From positions 448,001 through 512,000 of the forward strand of contig CBDIIB010000005.1 in NCBI GenBank assembly GCA_965279525.1: a DNA stretch of 64,000 bases, given 5' to 3'. The translations under genes and the position numbers were made by a program. Shown here piece by piece: positions 1 through 9,857 of this stretch (positions within the stretch are counted from its first letter, which is position 1; every line of letters starts with the position of its first letter). The notes beneath the pieces were generated by a model. It was given only the letters and a program-made list of their open reading frames with translations. It had not been told where the DNA came from and did not search any database. The stretch comes from Tagaea sp. GTDB lineage: Bacteria > Pseudomonadota > Alphaproteobacteria > CACIAM-22H2.

Positions 1-1
1 A

Positions 2-949
2 GACCGGCCAGCGCCAGGCCCCAAGCGGCATCAGGCGCGGCTCGCCGCTCTTTCCGCCCAGCACGGCGAAGCCTCGACGACCCAGGATGCGCGCCTGCAG
101 CCAAAGCAGCATGACCGTGACGATCAGCAGCGGCAATGCGGCCGCCGCGGCGATCTGAGGCTTGGGCGGGAACTGGAACAGCGAATAGATCTTGGTCGTG
201 ACGGTGTGGAAACCCGCCGGGATCGCGAGGATCGCGGGCGAGCCGAACAGCGTCATCGCCTGGAGGAAGGCCACGAGCGCGCCGGCCAGCAACGCCGGCA
301 GCACGAGCGGCAGCGTGACGCCGGTGACGACCTTCCACCGCCCGGCACCGAGGATGCCGGCGGCGTCCTCGAGATCGGCGGGGATCCGGTCGAGCGCGTT
401 CGTCAGGACGACGAAGACGTAAGGGGCCGTGTAGCAGGAGATGACGAAGACCAGCCCCGGAAAGCTGTAGATGTTGAAAAGCGCGTCGCCCGAGCCGGTC
501 ACCTCGCGCCACAGCTTGTTGAGGATGCCGCTGTTGGGTGCGGCAAGGATTTCCCAGGCGATGGCACCGAGGAACGGCGGCGTGACGAAGCTCGCCGTCA
601 TCAGCATGCGCACGGTGCGCCGGCCCGGAAGGTCGGTGCGCGCGACGACCCAGGCCAGCGGGGCGGCGGCAAGGGCTGCGAACGTGGCGACGAGAAAGGA
701 AAGGCCGAATGTCGTGAACAAAGGCTGGGAAAGGGTCGGGTCCTCGATCAGCGCCCGGAAGTTCGCCAGCGTGAAGTCGCCGGCACGGTCGCTGAACGCA
801 TAGGCCGCCAGCCATGCGATCGGCAGGCCGATCAGGGCGGCGAGGAACAGCCCGGTCGCGGCGAGGACCGGACCCGAAAGGTCCAGTCCTGCCGGCGACC
901 GGCCGCGTCCCGCATCGACCGCGAGTGTGGCCGACACGGGATTCGTCAC
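2..949 (-). CDS. Fe3+/polyamine-type ABC transporter permease (3' part runs off the window)
   Basis: Read manually on the minus strand: GTG at 949 overlaps the SBP stop (GTGA); hydrophobic MTNPVSATLAVDAGRGRSPAGLDLSGPVLAATGLFL..., with EDAAGILG (EAA-like loop); follows the SBP and ATPase genes. Confidence 0.85.
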   Translation of the reverse strand, partial: MTNPVSATLAVDAGRGRSPAGLDLSGPVLAATGLFLAALIGLPIAWLAAYAFSDRAGDFTLANFRALIEDPTLSQPLFTTFGLSFLVATFAALAAAPLAWVVARTDLPGRRTVRMLMTASFVTPPFLGAIAWEILAAPNSGILNKLWREVTGSGDALFNIYSFPGLVFVISCYTAPYVFVVLTNALDRIPADLEDAAGILGAGRWKVVTGVTLPLVLPALLAGALVAFLQAMTLFGSPAILAIPAGFHTVTTKIYSLFQFPPKPQIAAAAALPLLIVTVMLLWLQARILGRRGFAVLGGKSGEPRLMPLGAWRWPV

Positions 950-1983
950 GTCTTGAAGAAGCGCAGGTAGTTGCGCTTGATCTCTTCGACCTGCTTGTCG
1001 ACCGCGGCAGGATCGTCCTTCATCAGCTTGATCTGCGACAGCGGCTTGCGATCGGCCGGCTCCTTGACGCCGGGATGGAACGAGCGCAGCCCGCCCACGT
1101 CGACGGCAAGCTGCTGGGCTTCCTGCGAGAACGTCCAGGCGTGGAAGAGACGCGCGGCGTTCGGGTTCTTGGCGTTCTTCATGACGCCCGAGGGCCCGAT
1201 GACGAGCGGCGTGCCTTCCGTCGGATAGACGATCTCGATGGGCGCCTTGCGGGCCTTCTCGAGGAACACGTTGTACTCGTTGCCGTCGGCCATCACCGGA
1301 CGCTCGCCGGCAATCACCTTGCGCGGCGGCTCGGTCGACGACTGGACCTGCATGACCTGCTGGCCGGCCAGCTTCTCGAGATAGTCCCAGCCGATGTCGC
1401 GGCTGATCTGGAACGTCGCCGTCAGGATCGTGCCGGAGTAGCCCGGATGCGCCTTGACGAGCTTGCCCTTCCACTTGGCGTCGAGAAGGTCCTTGAAGCT
1501 CTTCGGCGCGTCGGCGGCCGTCACCAGAGTCGTGTTGTAGGCGATGACGCTGAGGCTGGCGCGCATCGGAGCGAAAAAGCCTTCGGTGTCGAACGAGCCT
1601 GCCGGGTAGCGCTGGCTCACTTCCTCGGGCAGGGCGGCCGCAAGCCAGCCTTCGCGCTTCCAGTAGATGAAGTGCGCCGCATCCGAACTGTTGACCGTGT
1701 CGACGTTGTAGATCCGGCTCGAATATTCCTGGCCGATCTTCGAAAACTGGCGCTCGGCGCCGTTGCGCTCGACCTGGACCTTGACGCCCGGATAGCGCTT
1801 CTCGAACGCCTTGGCGAGATCCTCGGCCACCTTCACGTCGATCGACGTGTAGTAGACGACGTTGCCTTCCTTGCGGGCGGCAGCCTCGAGTTCGGGCGTG
1901 ATCTTGTAGATCGGGCTCTGCGCCGCGGCCCCGGTCGCGAGCAGCGCGAATGCCGCAAGCGATGTCAGCAATCTGGCTTTCAT
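946..1983 (-). CDS. ABC transporter substrate-binding protein (FbpA/AfuA-like)
   Basis: Signal peptide MKARLLTSLAAFALLATGAAA; AARKEGNVVYYTS and PKSFKDLLDAKWKGK motifs; GGAGG SD upstream. The ORF-track extension to 3165 is spurious. Confidence 0.9.
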   Translation of the reverse strand: MKARLLTSLAAFALLATGAAAQSPIYKITPELEAAARKEGNVVYYTSIDVKVAEDLAKAFEKRYPGVKVQVERNGAERQFSKIGQEYSSRIYNVDTVNSSDAAHFIYWKREGWLAAALPEEVSQRYPAGSFDTEGFFAPMRASLSVIAYNTTLVTAADAPKSFKDLLDAKWKGKLVKAHPGYSGTILTATFQISRDIGWDYLEKLAGQQVMQVQSSTEPPRKVIAGERPVMADGNEYNVFLEKARKAPIEIVYPTEGTPLVIGPSGVMKNAKNPNAARLFHAWTFSQEAQQLAVDVGGLRSFHPGVKEPADRKPLSQIKLMKDDPAAVDKQVEEIKRNYLRFFKT

Positions 1984-2021
1984 GGGTTTCCTCCGTTTTG
2001 TGTTTTGTTTTTCGTCGTGCG

Positions 2022-3074
2022 TCAGATCAGGACCGGTCGGCACCGGTCGGGCGGCAGCGCCACCCAGACCTTTGCGTCCGCCGGAATCGCGAGATCGGGG
2101 GGTGCCGACGCCCGCAATGTCGTGCCGTCGGCAAGTGCCAGCGAAAGGTCGCGTGTCGAGCCGAGGAAGGTCTGGCGCGTCACCGTCGCCGGCAGCGCGT
2201 CCTGCGTCTGGCGGGCACTGACGCCGATCTCGTGGAAGCGGATCGACATGGCACCGGCGGCACCGGCGGCAAACAGCGGCTCCGCGCAGCGCACGATGCC
2301 GGCGCCGATATCGAGCCGGCTCGCATCCACCGCCTTGCCGGATAGGATGTTGGCGCCGCCGAGGAACGTGGCGACGAAGCCCGAGCGCGGTCGGGAATAG
2401 ATCTCTTCGGGCGAGCCGGCCTGCTCGATGCGGCCCTGGTTCATCACGACGATCAGGTCGGCGGCGGTCATCGCCTCGGCCTGGTCGTGCGTGACATAGA
2501 CGGTCGTATAGCGGAACTCGTCGTGCAGCCGGCGCACCTCGAAGCGCATCTCCTCGCGAAGTGCGGCGTCGAGATTGGACAGCGGCTCGTCGAGCAGAAG
2601 GATCTCCGGCTCGACCACCAGAGCGCGCGCCAGCGCCACGCGCTGCTGCTGGCCGCCGGAAAGTTCGCCGGGATAGCGTGCGGCCAGATGCTCGAGCTTG
2701 ACGGCCCCGAGCATCTTCGCGACGCGTTTTGCGATCTCCGCCTTGTCGAACTTGCGCAGCGCCAGGCCGTAGGCGACGTTCTCGAAGATCGTCATGTGCG
2801 GCCACAGCGCATAGGACTGGAAGATCATCGACATGCCGCGCCGTTCGGGCGGCAGCGCGTTGCCGGGGCGCGAAAGTTCGCGCCCGCCGACATGCACGGT
2901 TCCCGCTGACGGCTCCATGAAACCCGCGACCAGCCGCAGCGTCGTCGTCTTGCCGCAGCCGGACGGCCCGAGCAGGCAGACGAGTTGGCCCTGTGCCACC
3001 GACAGGTCGATCGAGTCGAGCACGGTCTGCGTGCCGTACTGCTTGGTCAGCCCGTTGAGAACGAGATGGCTCAC
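2022..3074 (-). CDS. ABC transporter ATP-binding protein (PotA/FbpC-like, TOBE tail)
   Basis: Walker A GPSGCGKT, LSGGQQQR signature, Walker B LLLDEP, VTHDQ. Confidence 0.95.
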   Translation of the reverse strand: MSHLVLNGLTKQYGTQTVLDSIDLSVAQGQLVCLLGPSGCGKTTTLRLVAGFMEPSAGTVHVGGRELSRPGNALPPERRGMSMIFQSYALWPHMTIFENVAYGLALRKFDKAEIAKRVAKMLGAVKLEHLAARYPGELSGGQQQRVALARALVVEPEILLLDEPLSNLDAALREEMRFEVRRLHDEFRYTTVYVTHDQAEAMTAADLIVVMNQGRIEQAGSPEEIYSRPRSGFVATFLGGANILSGKAVDASRLDIGAGIVRCAEPLFAAGAAGAMSIRFHEIGVSARQTQDALPATVTRQTFLGSTRDLSLALADGTTLRASAPPDLAIPADAKVWVALPPDRCRPVLI

Positions 3075-3760
3075 GCGACCTCCGTATCCGAAGCACCCGG
3101 CCCGCGCGCACGCCGCCGCTGATCGCCTGCACTGACATGCGCCCGCATCGCGGCTGCAGCGGCATCGACGTCGCGCGCGGCGAGCGCTTCGACGATGTTG
3201 CGGTGCTCGATGTTCGAAACGGCGAGCCCGCCGCCGCGCAGCAGCCCGTTGCGCCGGACGGTGTGCAACTCGTTCGTCAGCCGGCCGTACATGTCGAGCA
3301 GGCGGCCGTTACCGGCCATCTCGAAGATGCGGCGGTGGAACTTGAGGTTGAGCGGAAAGTAGCGGTGGAATGCCGCCGGATCGAGATAGTGATCGAGTTC
3401 GTCGACATAGGCGCGCAGTTCGCCCACTTCCTCCCGGGTGATGCGCGGAGCGAGCAACGCCCCGGCGAGACCCTCGAGCTGTTCGCGCACGACGTACATC
3501 TCGCGCGCCTCGGCCTCGCTCACCACGCGCACGAAGGCGCCGCGGTTCTTCTCGATGCGAACGAGTCCGACCGCCTCGAGGGCGCGCAGCGCCTCGCGCA
3601 CCGACGAACGCCCCACGCCCAGGCGGGCCGCGATCGCGACTTCCTTGATCTGCTGGCCGGAGTCGAGTTCGCCGGCAAGGATGAGGCGCATCACCTCGGC
3701 CTCGACGAGGGTCGAAAGCGAAGTGGTCCGAACGAGGGCGATCGCGGCGGGGGCGTCCAT
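3071..3760 (-). CDS. GntR family (FCD) transcriptional regulator
   Basis: wHTH LGVGRSSVREAL..LE..GLV..EKNRGAFV; FCD motifs NLKFH and EHRNIVEAL. Confidence 0.92.
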   Translation of the reverse strand: MDAPAAIALVRTTSLSTLVEAEVMRLILAGELDSGQQIKEVAIAARLGVGRSSVREALRALEAVGLVRIEKNRGAFVRVVSEAEAREMYVVREQLEGLAGALLAPRITREEVGELRAYVDELDHYLDPAAFHRYFPLNLKFHRRIFEMAGNGRLLDMYGRLTNELHTVRRNGLLRGGGLAVSNIEHRNIVEALAARDVDAAAAAMRAHVSAGDQRRRARGPGASDTEVA

Positions 3761-3768
3761 GCGTGACC

Positions 3769-4554
3769 TCAGGTTCCGGTGAACTGCGGCTTGCGCTTCT
3801 CCATGAAGGCCTTGCGGCCTTCCTTGTAGTCGCTGCTGGCGAAGCAGGCGGCGACCATCGCGTCACACTTGGCGATGTCCTGCTTGTCGGGATCCTTCAG
3901 CACCTCGATCGTGCTCTGCTTGATCGTGGCGATCGTCATCGGCGCGTTGTCGGCGATCGTGTTGGCGACGTCCATCACCGTCGTTTCGAGCGCGTCGTCG
4001 GCAATCACGCGATTGACGATGTTCCAGCGCAGCGCTTCGGCACTGGAGAGCTGGCGCGCGGTATAGAAGATTTCCTTGGTCGCGACGGGGCCGATCGTCT
4101 CGATGTAGCGGCGCAGGCCCTTGTAGCCGTAGCCGAGCCCGAGCTTGGCCGCGGGAAGCGCGAACTTCGAGCCTTCAGTCGAGAAGCGCATGTCGCAGCA
4201 GATCGCGAGGTTGAGCCCGCCGCCGATGCAGTAGCCGCGGATCATCGCGATGGTCGGCTTGGGCATCTGGTAGATGCGCATGTAGACCTTCTCGACGAGC
4301 GCATTGTATTTCTGCGCCGCTTCTTCGGAGGCGCGCTCGCTCTCGAACTTCGAGATGTCGGCACCCGACACGAACGCCTTGCCCCCCGCTCCCGTCAGCA
4401 CGATCACGCGCACGTCGGGATCGGCGAGGAATCCGTCGAGGATCTTTTCGGCGGTTTCCCACATCTCGAAGGACACGGCGTTGTGCTTCTCGGGATTGTT
4501 GAAGGTCATGATCCCGACACGGCCTTCCTTGCGGGACAGCATCTTCTCGGTCAT
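3769..4554 (-). CDS. Enoyl-CoA hydratase/isomerase family protein
   Basis: AFVSGADI, PKPTIAMIRGYCIGGG, EGRKAFMEKRKPQF; ATG at 4554 with GGAGA SD. Confidence 0.92.
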   Translation of the reverse strand: MTEKMLSRKEGRVGIMTFNNPEKHNAVSFEMWETAEKILDGFLADPDVRVIVLTGAGGKAFVSGADISKFESERASEEAAQKYNALVEKVYMRIYQMPKPTIAMIRGYCIGGGLNLAICCDMRFSTEGSKFALPAAKLGLGYGYKGLRRYIETIGPVATKEIFYTARQLSSAEALRWNIVNRVIADDALETTVMDVANTIADNAPMTIATIKQSTIEVLKDPDKQDIAKCDAMVAACFASSDYKEGRKAFMEKRKPQFTGT

Positions 4555-4568
4555 ACGCGTCGTCTCCT

Positions 4569-5753
4569 TCAGATCGTTCCGGCGGCCCTGAGGGCCGCGA
4601 TCTCGTCCTTGCCTAGCCCGAATTCGGACAGGATCTCGTCGTTCTGCGCTCCGCGCGCCGGCGGCGGACCGGCGAGACGGCTGGGCGTGCGGCTCATCGC
4701 GAAAGGCTGGCCCATAAGCCTGTAATCGGCACCGGCGACGCTCTGCGCCACGCCGAGATGCCCGACCTGCGGGTCGGCGAACATCTGGTCGATCGCGTAG
4801 ATCGGCCCGCACGGCACGCCGGCGGCATTGAGCTTCTCGACCCAGTCGGCAGACGTTTCCTTCGCGAAGATTGCCTGCAATTCCTCGTTCAGCTTCTCGC
4901 GGTTCTGCGAACGCAGCGACATCTTCGCGTATTCGGGCCGCGCGATCAGGTCCTCGGCACCCAGCGCCTTGGCGCAGCGCTCCCAGATCGCCTGGCCAGT
5001 CGTGGCGAGATTGAGATAGCCGTCCTTCGTCTTGAACACGCCGGTCGGGATGCTGGTGGGGTGGTTGTTGCCGGCCTGCTTGGCGACCTCGCCCTTCACC
5101 AGATAGCGCGCGGCCTGGAAGTCGAGCATGAAGGCCTGCGCCTGCAGGAGCGACGTCTGCACCCACTGCCCCTCGCCCGACACCTCGCGTTCCAGAAGTG
5201 CCGTGAGGATGCCCATCGCGCAGAACAGCCCGGCCGTCAGGTCGGCCAGCGGGATGCCGACACGGACAGGACCCTGGCCCGGCAGGCCAGTCACCGACAT
5301 GAGACCGCCCATGCCCTGCGCGATCTGGTCGAAGCCCGGGCGCTTGGCATAAGGGCCGTCCTGCCCGAAACCGGAGATGCTGCCGTAGACGATGCGCGGA
5401 TTGATCTTCTTGAGGTCGGCATAGGAGATGCCGAGCCGGTCCTTCACGTCGGGCCGGAAATTCTCGACCACCACATCGGCCTTAGCGACCAGCTTGCGGA
5501 ACAGTGCCACGCCTTCGGGCGACTTCAGGTTCAGCGTCAGTGACCGCTTATTGCGGTGGAGATTCATGAAGTCCGCGCCATCGCGCGGCCCGCCCATCGG
5601 GTCGGCCTCTTCGAGATGTTCGGGCATCTCGATCTTGATGACGTTGGCGCCCCAGTCGGCGAGCTGGCGCACGCAGGTGGGACCCGAGCGGACACGCGTG
5701 AGGTCGAGAACGGTGAAGCGCTTGAGCGCCGTCGAGGCCTGCGGAGCGGGCAT
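4569..5753 (-). CDS. CaiB/BaiF family (class III) CoA-transferase
   Basis: VLDLTRVRSGP, NRNK-like HRNKRSLTLNLK, DVVVENFRP, SISGFGQDGPY, catalytic Asp region PLADLTAG. Confidence 0.93.
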   Translation of the reverse strand: MPAPQASTALKRFTVLDLTRVRSGPTCVRQLADWGANVIKIEMPEHLEEADPMGGPRDGADFMNLHRNKRSLTLNLKSPEGVALFRKLVAKADVVVENFRPDVKDRLGISYADLKKINPRIVYGSISGFGQDGPYAKRPGFDQIAQGMGGLMSVTGLPGQGPVRVGIPLADLTAGLFCAMGILTALLEREVSGEGQWVQTSLLQAQAFMLDFQAARYLVKGEVAKQAGNNHPTSIPTGVFKTKDGYLNLATTGQAIWERCAKALGAEDLIARPEYAKMSLRSQNREKLNEELQAIFAKETSADWVEKLNAAGVPCGPIYAIDQMFADPQVGHLGVAQSVAGADYRLMGQPFAMSRTPSRLAGPPPARGAQNDEILSEFGLGKDEIAALRAAGTI

Positions 5754-5814
5754 GTGCGAGCGAATCTCCCGAGTTCCGGACGCTTGTGGTCCGTTCGTAT
5801 GTCCGCGACCGTGA

Positions 5815-5836
5815 TGTCGATTGTCGACAAAGTCAA
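5815..5836 (-). promoter_or_regulatory. Putative GntR operator (TTGTCGACAA palindrome) beside a TTGACT -35 element
   Basis: Perfect palindrome ttgtcgacaa at 5821-5830, preceded by a tandem tgtcga half-site; minus-strand TTGACT at 5831-5836. Confidence 0.5.
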
Positions 5837-6006
5837 TCGGGATATGCCGAATTTTCTGGCAAACATGCCGATCCGCCGCAAGTCCGTCACGGATATGCTT
5901 AACCAACGGGCAACTTGGTTCGTTACCCGACGCGACTCCCCTTTTGGCTGGACCGGCACTAGTCTTTTTCCATCGCATTCCGTTTTGCTCGGGAAGGAGA
6001 CGGGAA

Positions 6007-6456
6007 ATGGCTGTCCTGACAATCAATGGGAAGACTTACGACGCCGCAGCCGATCCCGAGACGCCGCTCCTGTGGGTCCTGCGCGACACGCTCGGCCTGA
6101 CAGGCACCAAATACGGCTGCGGCATCGCGCAGTGCGGATCCTGCACCGTGCATATCGACGGCGTTCCGACACGATCGTGCTCCGTGCAGCTGGGATCCGT
6201 CGGCGACGGCAAGATCACCACGATCGAAGGCCTCGCCGCCAACGGCATGCTGCACAAGGTGCAGAAGGCCTGGCTCGACAACGACGTTCCGCAATGCGGC
6301 TACTGCCAGAGCGGCATGATCATGGCTGCCGCCGCCCTGCTCGCCGAAAAGCCCAATCCGACCGACGACGACATCGACGCGGCGATGACGAACATCTGTC
6401 GCTGCGGCACCTACCAGCAAGTGCGCGCGGCGATCCACGCCGCCGCCAAGGCCTGA
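6007..6456 (+). CDS. (2Fe-2S)-binding small subunit of a xanthine dehydrogenase-family enzyme (IorA-like)
   Basis: [38 protein letters not shown]; AAGGAG SD. Confidence 0.93.
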   Translation: MAVLTINGKTYDAAADPETPLLWVLRDTLGLTGTKYGCGIAQCGSCTVHIDGVPTRSCSVQLGSVGDGKITTIEGLAANGMLHKVQKAWLDNDVPQCGYCQSGMIMAAAALLAEKPNPTDDDIDAAMTNICRCGTYQQVRAAIHAAAKA

Positions 6457-6470
6457 GGGAGGAACGCGCC

Positions 6471-8630
6471 ATGACAGCGATCGCTTCGATGGACCGCCGC
6501 TCGTTCCTTGTCTCCGCCGCAGCCGGCGGCCTCTCGCTCGGCTTCGGCATCCCGTTCGGCAAGGCAGACGCCCAGGTTGCCGGTGCCGTGCGCGAAATCA
6601 ACGCCTGGGTCGTCATCCACCCCGACGACCGCGTCGTGATCCGCATCGCGCGCTCGGAAATGGGCCAGGGCACGCTCACGGGTCTCGCCCAGCTCGTCGC
6701 CGAGGAACTGGAATGCGACTGGTCGAAAGTATCGACCGAATTTCCCACGCCGGGCCAGAACGTCGCGCGCAACCGCGTGTGGCGCAACTTCTCGACCGGC
6801 GGCAGCCGCGGCATCCGCGAATCGCACGAATACGTGCGCCAGGGTGGTGCCGCCGCACGCATGATGCTGGTCGAGGCCGCAGCCAAGCGCTGGAACGTTC
6901 CGTCCGGCGAGTGCGCTGCCGCCAACAGCGTCATCCGGCACGCGGCCAGCAATCGGACTGTCACTTACGGTGCCGTTGCCGCAGAAGCCGCCCAGCTCCA
7001 GCCGCCCGCGACGGTCGCCCTCAAGGACATCAAGGACTGGAAGATTGCCGGCAAGGGCGTGAAGCGCCTCGACACCGCCGAGAAGCTGAACGGCAGCCTC
7101 GTCTACGGGATCGACTTGCGGCTTCCCAACATGCTGACGGCGACGATCCGCCAGTGTCCGGTGGCCGGCGGCAAGCTAAAGAGCTTCGACGCCGCGAAGG
7201 TCGAGAAGATGCCGGGCGTTCGCAAGGTCGTCGCGGTCGACGGGAACGCCGTCGCGGTCATCGCCGACAGCTACTGGCAGGCGCACAAGGCGATCGACGA
7301 ACTGCCGGTCGACTGGGATCTTGGGCCTGGCGCCAAGACGTCCAGCGCCACGATCGACGCGATGCTGGCCGAAGGCCTGACGGCCGAGAATGCTTTCATC
7401 GGCACGAAGATCGGCGATGCCAAAGTCGCACTCGCCGGGGCCGCCAAGACCGTCGAGGCCGTCTATTCGTATCCCTACCAGAACCACGCGCCGATGGAGC
7501 CGATGAACGCTACGGCGCTCTACACGGCCGATCGCTGCGAAGTCTGGGCACCGACGCAGAACGGCGAGGCGGCCCTTGCGGCGGCGGCCGAGGCCGCCGA
7601 GCTGCCGGTCGCCAAATGCGACGTGCACAAGATGATGCTGGGCGGCGGTTTCGGCCGTCGCGGCCGGTCGGACTTTGTCCGCCAGGCCGTGCTGATCGCC
7701 CGGCAGATGCCCGGCGCGCCGGTGAAGCTCGTCTGGTCGCGCGAAGAGGACATGATGCACTGCGCGTTCCATCCGGTGACGCAGTGCAAGCTGACCGGCG
7801 GGCTTGACGCCGCAGGCAATCTCACCGGCCTGCACATGCGCATCTCCGGCCAGTCGATCCTCGCCTCGTTGCTCCCTCAGAACCTGCAGAACGGCATGGA
7901 CCCGGTCGTGTTCCAGGGTCTCAACGCCGGCGGTGCCGAAGGCCAGTTCGGCTACGACATCCCGAACCTGCTGGTCGACCACGCCATGCGAAATCCGCAC
8001 GTGCTGGCCGGCTTCTGGCGCGGGGTAAATCTCAACCAGAACGCCATCTACGTCGAATGCTTCATGGACGAGCTGGCGCGCGCGGCGGGCCAGGACCCGC
8101 TGGAGTTCCGGCGCAAATACCTGAAGCCCAAGCACCGCGCGGTGCTCGAGGCGGCGGCGGCAGGGGCCGGCTACGGAAAGGCGGCCCCCGGCGTACATCA
8201 CGGCCTTGCCCAGATCATGGGGTTCGGCAGCTACGTTGCGGCGTGCGCGGAAGTCTCGGTCACCAACGGCAAGCTCAAGATCCATCGCATCGTCGCGGCG
8301 ACGGATCCGGGCGTGGTCGTCAATCCGGCCCAGATCGAGCGTCAGGTGTCCGGCTCGTTCGTCTACGGCCTGTCGGCCGCACTCCACGGCCAGTGCACGG
8401 TCAAGGACGGCGTCATCGAGCAGACGAACTTCGACACATATCCGGTGCTACGCATGGACGAGATGCCGAAAGTCGAGACGATCCTGGTTCCCTCGGGTGG
8501 CTTCTGGGGCGGCGTGGGCGAACCGACGATCGGCGTGGCGGCACCCGCGGTGCTCAACGCGATCTTCGCCGCGACCGGCAAGCGCATCCGGTCGCTGCCG
8601 GTGTCCAAGCACGACCTGAAGACCGTGTGA
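6471..8630 (+). CDS. Molybdopterin-binding large subunit, isoquinoline 1-oxidoreductase beta (IorB)-like, Tat-exported
   Basis: Tat motif DRRSFL; EMGQG, TGGS, HAPMEP, GGGFGRR, GGVGEP motifs. Confidence 0.93.
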   Translation: MTAIASMDRRSFLVSAAAGGLSLGFGIPFGKADAQVAGAVREINAWVVIHPDDRVVIRIARSEMGQGTLTGLAQLVAEELECDWSKVSTEFPTPGQNVARNRVWRNFSTGGSRGIRESHEYVRQGGAAARMMLVEAAAKRWNVPSGECAAANSVIRHAASNRTVTYGAVAAEAAQLQPPATVALKDIKDWKIAGKGVKRLDTAEKLNGSLVYGIDLRLPNMLTATIRQCPVAGGKLKSFDAAKVEKMPGVRKVVAVDGNAVAVIADSYWQAHKAIDELPVDWDLGPGAKTSSATIDAMLAEGLTAENAFIGTKIGDAKVALAGAAKTVEAVYSYPYQNHAPMEPMNATALYTADRCEVWAPTQNGEAALAAAAEAAELPVAKCDVHKMMLGGGFGRRGRSDFVRQAVLIARQMPGAPVKLVWSREEDMMHCAFHPVTQCKLTGGLDAAGNLTGLHMRISGQSILASLLPQNLQNGMDPVVFQGLNAGGAEGQFGYDIPNLLVDHAMRNPHVLAGFWRGVNLNQNAIYVECFMDELARAAGQDPLEFRRKYLKPKHRAVLEAAAAGAGYGKAAPGVHHGLAQIMGFGSYVAACAEVSVTNGKLKIHRIVAATDPGVVVNPAQIERQVSGSFVYGLSAALHGQCTVKDGVIEQTNFDTYPVLRMDEMPKVETILVPSGGFWGGVGEPTIGVAAPAVLNAIFAATGKRIRSLPVSKHDLKTV

Positions 8631-8632
8631 CG

Positions 8633-9082
8633 ATGAAAGGCCTCCTGCGGCTGGCGGCGGCGATCGTTTTCGCCGCCGCGCCTGCATCCGCCGGCAGCTA
8701 TGTCGTGACCGGCGACGCGATCGAACTGCCGCTCGAAGGCGCGGTCGGCGATGCAGCACGCGGGCGGGCGATCGTCGCGAACCGGACCGTCGGCCTCTGC
8801 CTGCTCTGCCATTCGGGCCCGTTCCCCGAGGAGCGCTTCCAGGGAAATCTGGCCCCGCCGCTGGACGGTGCCGGTGCACGCTGGAATGCCGGCCAACTGC
8901 GCCTGCGGCTCGTCGAGCCGGCGCGCGTTTCGCCCGACAGCCCGATGCCGGCCTATTTCCGGACCGACGGGCTCAAGCGCGTGGCGTCCGCTTTTTCCGG
9001 AAAGCCGCTCCTCACGGCCGCACAGATCGAGGATGTCGTGGCATACTTGGTGACGTTGCGCGAACCGGGAGCCCCGAGATGA
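8633..9082 (+). CDS. soxX: SoxX-like monoheme cytochrome c
   Basis: Signal peptide; GDAARGRAIV, CLLCH heme motif, GNLAPPL, distal MPAY. Confidence 0.88.
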   Translation: MKGLLRLAAAIVFAAAPASAGSYVVTGDAIELPLEGAVGDAARGRAIVANRTVGLCLLCHSGPFPEERFQGNLAPPLDGAGARWNAGQLRLRLVEPARVSPDSPMPAYFRTDGLKRVASAFSGKPLLTAAQIEDVVAYLVTLREPGAPR

Positions 9083-9534
9083 ATCCCGCCGGCATCACAC
9101 GCCGCATGCTGCTCGGCGGTGCGACGGTCCTGGCCGTCCTGCCGCTCGCATCGGCGCATGCCACGCCCGAGACGATGCGTGCCGCCATCGCCGCCGTCGC
9201 GGCCGGCCGGCCGATGCGCGAAGGCAAGGTCACGCTCGACATCCAGCCACTCGTCGACAACGGCAATACCGTGCCCATGCGCGTCAACGCCGAGAGCCGC
9301 ATGGACGGCGCCGACCACGTGCGCGCGATCCACGTCTTCAACGAGCGCAATCCGCAGCCGCACGTGCTGAGCGTTTCGTTTGGGCCATTGGCCGGGCGCG
9401 CCAGCATCGCCACGCGCATCAAGCTCGGCGACTCGCAGAAAGTCGTCGCGGTCGCCGAGATGCAGGACGGCACGCTGTGGACCGCCAGCGTTGACGTGAT
9501 CGTGACGCTCGCTGCCTGCGTCGAGGGGATCTAG
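9079..9534 (+). CDS. SoxY-related carrier protein with non-canonical arm (VTLAACVEGI)
   Basis: Tat motif TRRMLL; DNGNTVP, NPQP and TRIKL SoxY-type motifs; C-terminal Cys sits in AACVE rather than GGCGG. Confidence 0.88.
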   Translation: MNPAGITRRMLLGGATVLAVLPLASAHATPETMRAAIAAVAAGRPMREGKVTLDIQPLVDNGNTVPMRVNAESRMDGADHVRAIHVFNERNPQPHVLSVSFGPLAGRASIATRIKLGDSQKVVAVAEMQDGTLWTASVDVIVTLAACVEGI

Positions 9535-9536
9535 CA

Positions 9537-9857
9537 ATGGCGGTCCCGCTCGTCAATGCGCCGGCCCGCGTTCGCCGCGGCGAAGTCTTCGAGGTGAAGA
9601 CGCTCGTCGCCCACCCGATGGAGACTGGCTACCGTCCGGGCATGAACGGCGTGCTGATCCCGCGCGACATCGTCCAGCGCCTGCGCTGCCGTTACGACGG
9701 CGCCGACGTGCTCGATCTCGAACTGTCGCCGGCCATCGCGGCCAATCCGTTCGTGTCGTTCCACATGCGCGCCGAGCGCAGCGGCATGCTCGAGCTGGTC
9801 TGGACCGGAGACAACGGCTTCGCTGCCAGCCACCGCGTCGCCATCGCGGTCGAGTGA
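9537..9857 (+). CDS. soxZ: SoxZ-like protein
   Basis: VKTLVAHPMETG, AIAANPF motifs; no signal peptide. Confidence 0.9.
   Translation: MAVPLVNAPARVRRGEVFEVKTLVAHPMETGYRPGMNGVLIPRDIVQRLRCRYDGADVLDLELSPAIAANPFVSFHMRAERSGMLELVWTGDNGFAASHRVAIAVE

Noticed and set aside
5556-6470. Apparent N-terminal extensions or fusions in the ORF track (IorB 1024 aa, SBP 739 aa, MutL 1005 aa, LivG 821 aa)
   Set aside because: The extensions overlap genuine upstream genes in other frames; the true starts have SD sequences, signal peptides or coupling overlaps
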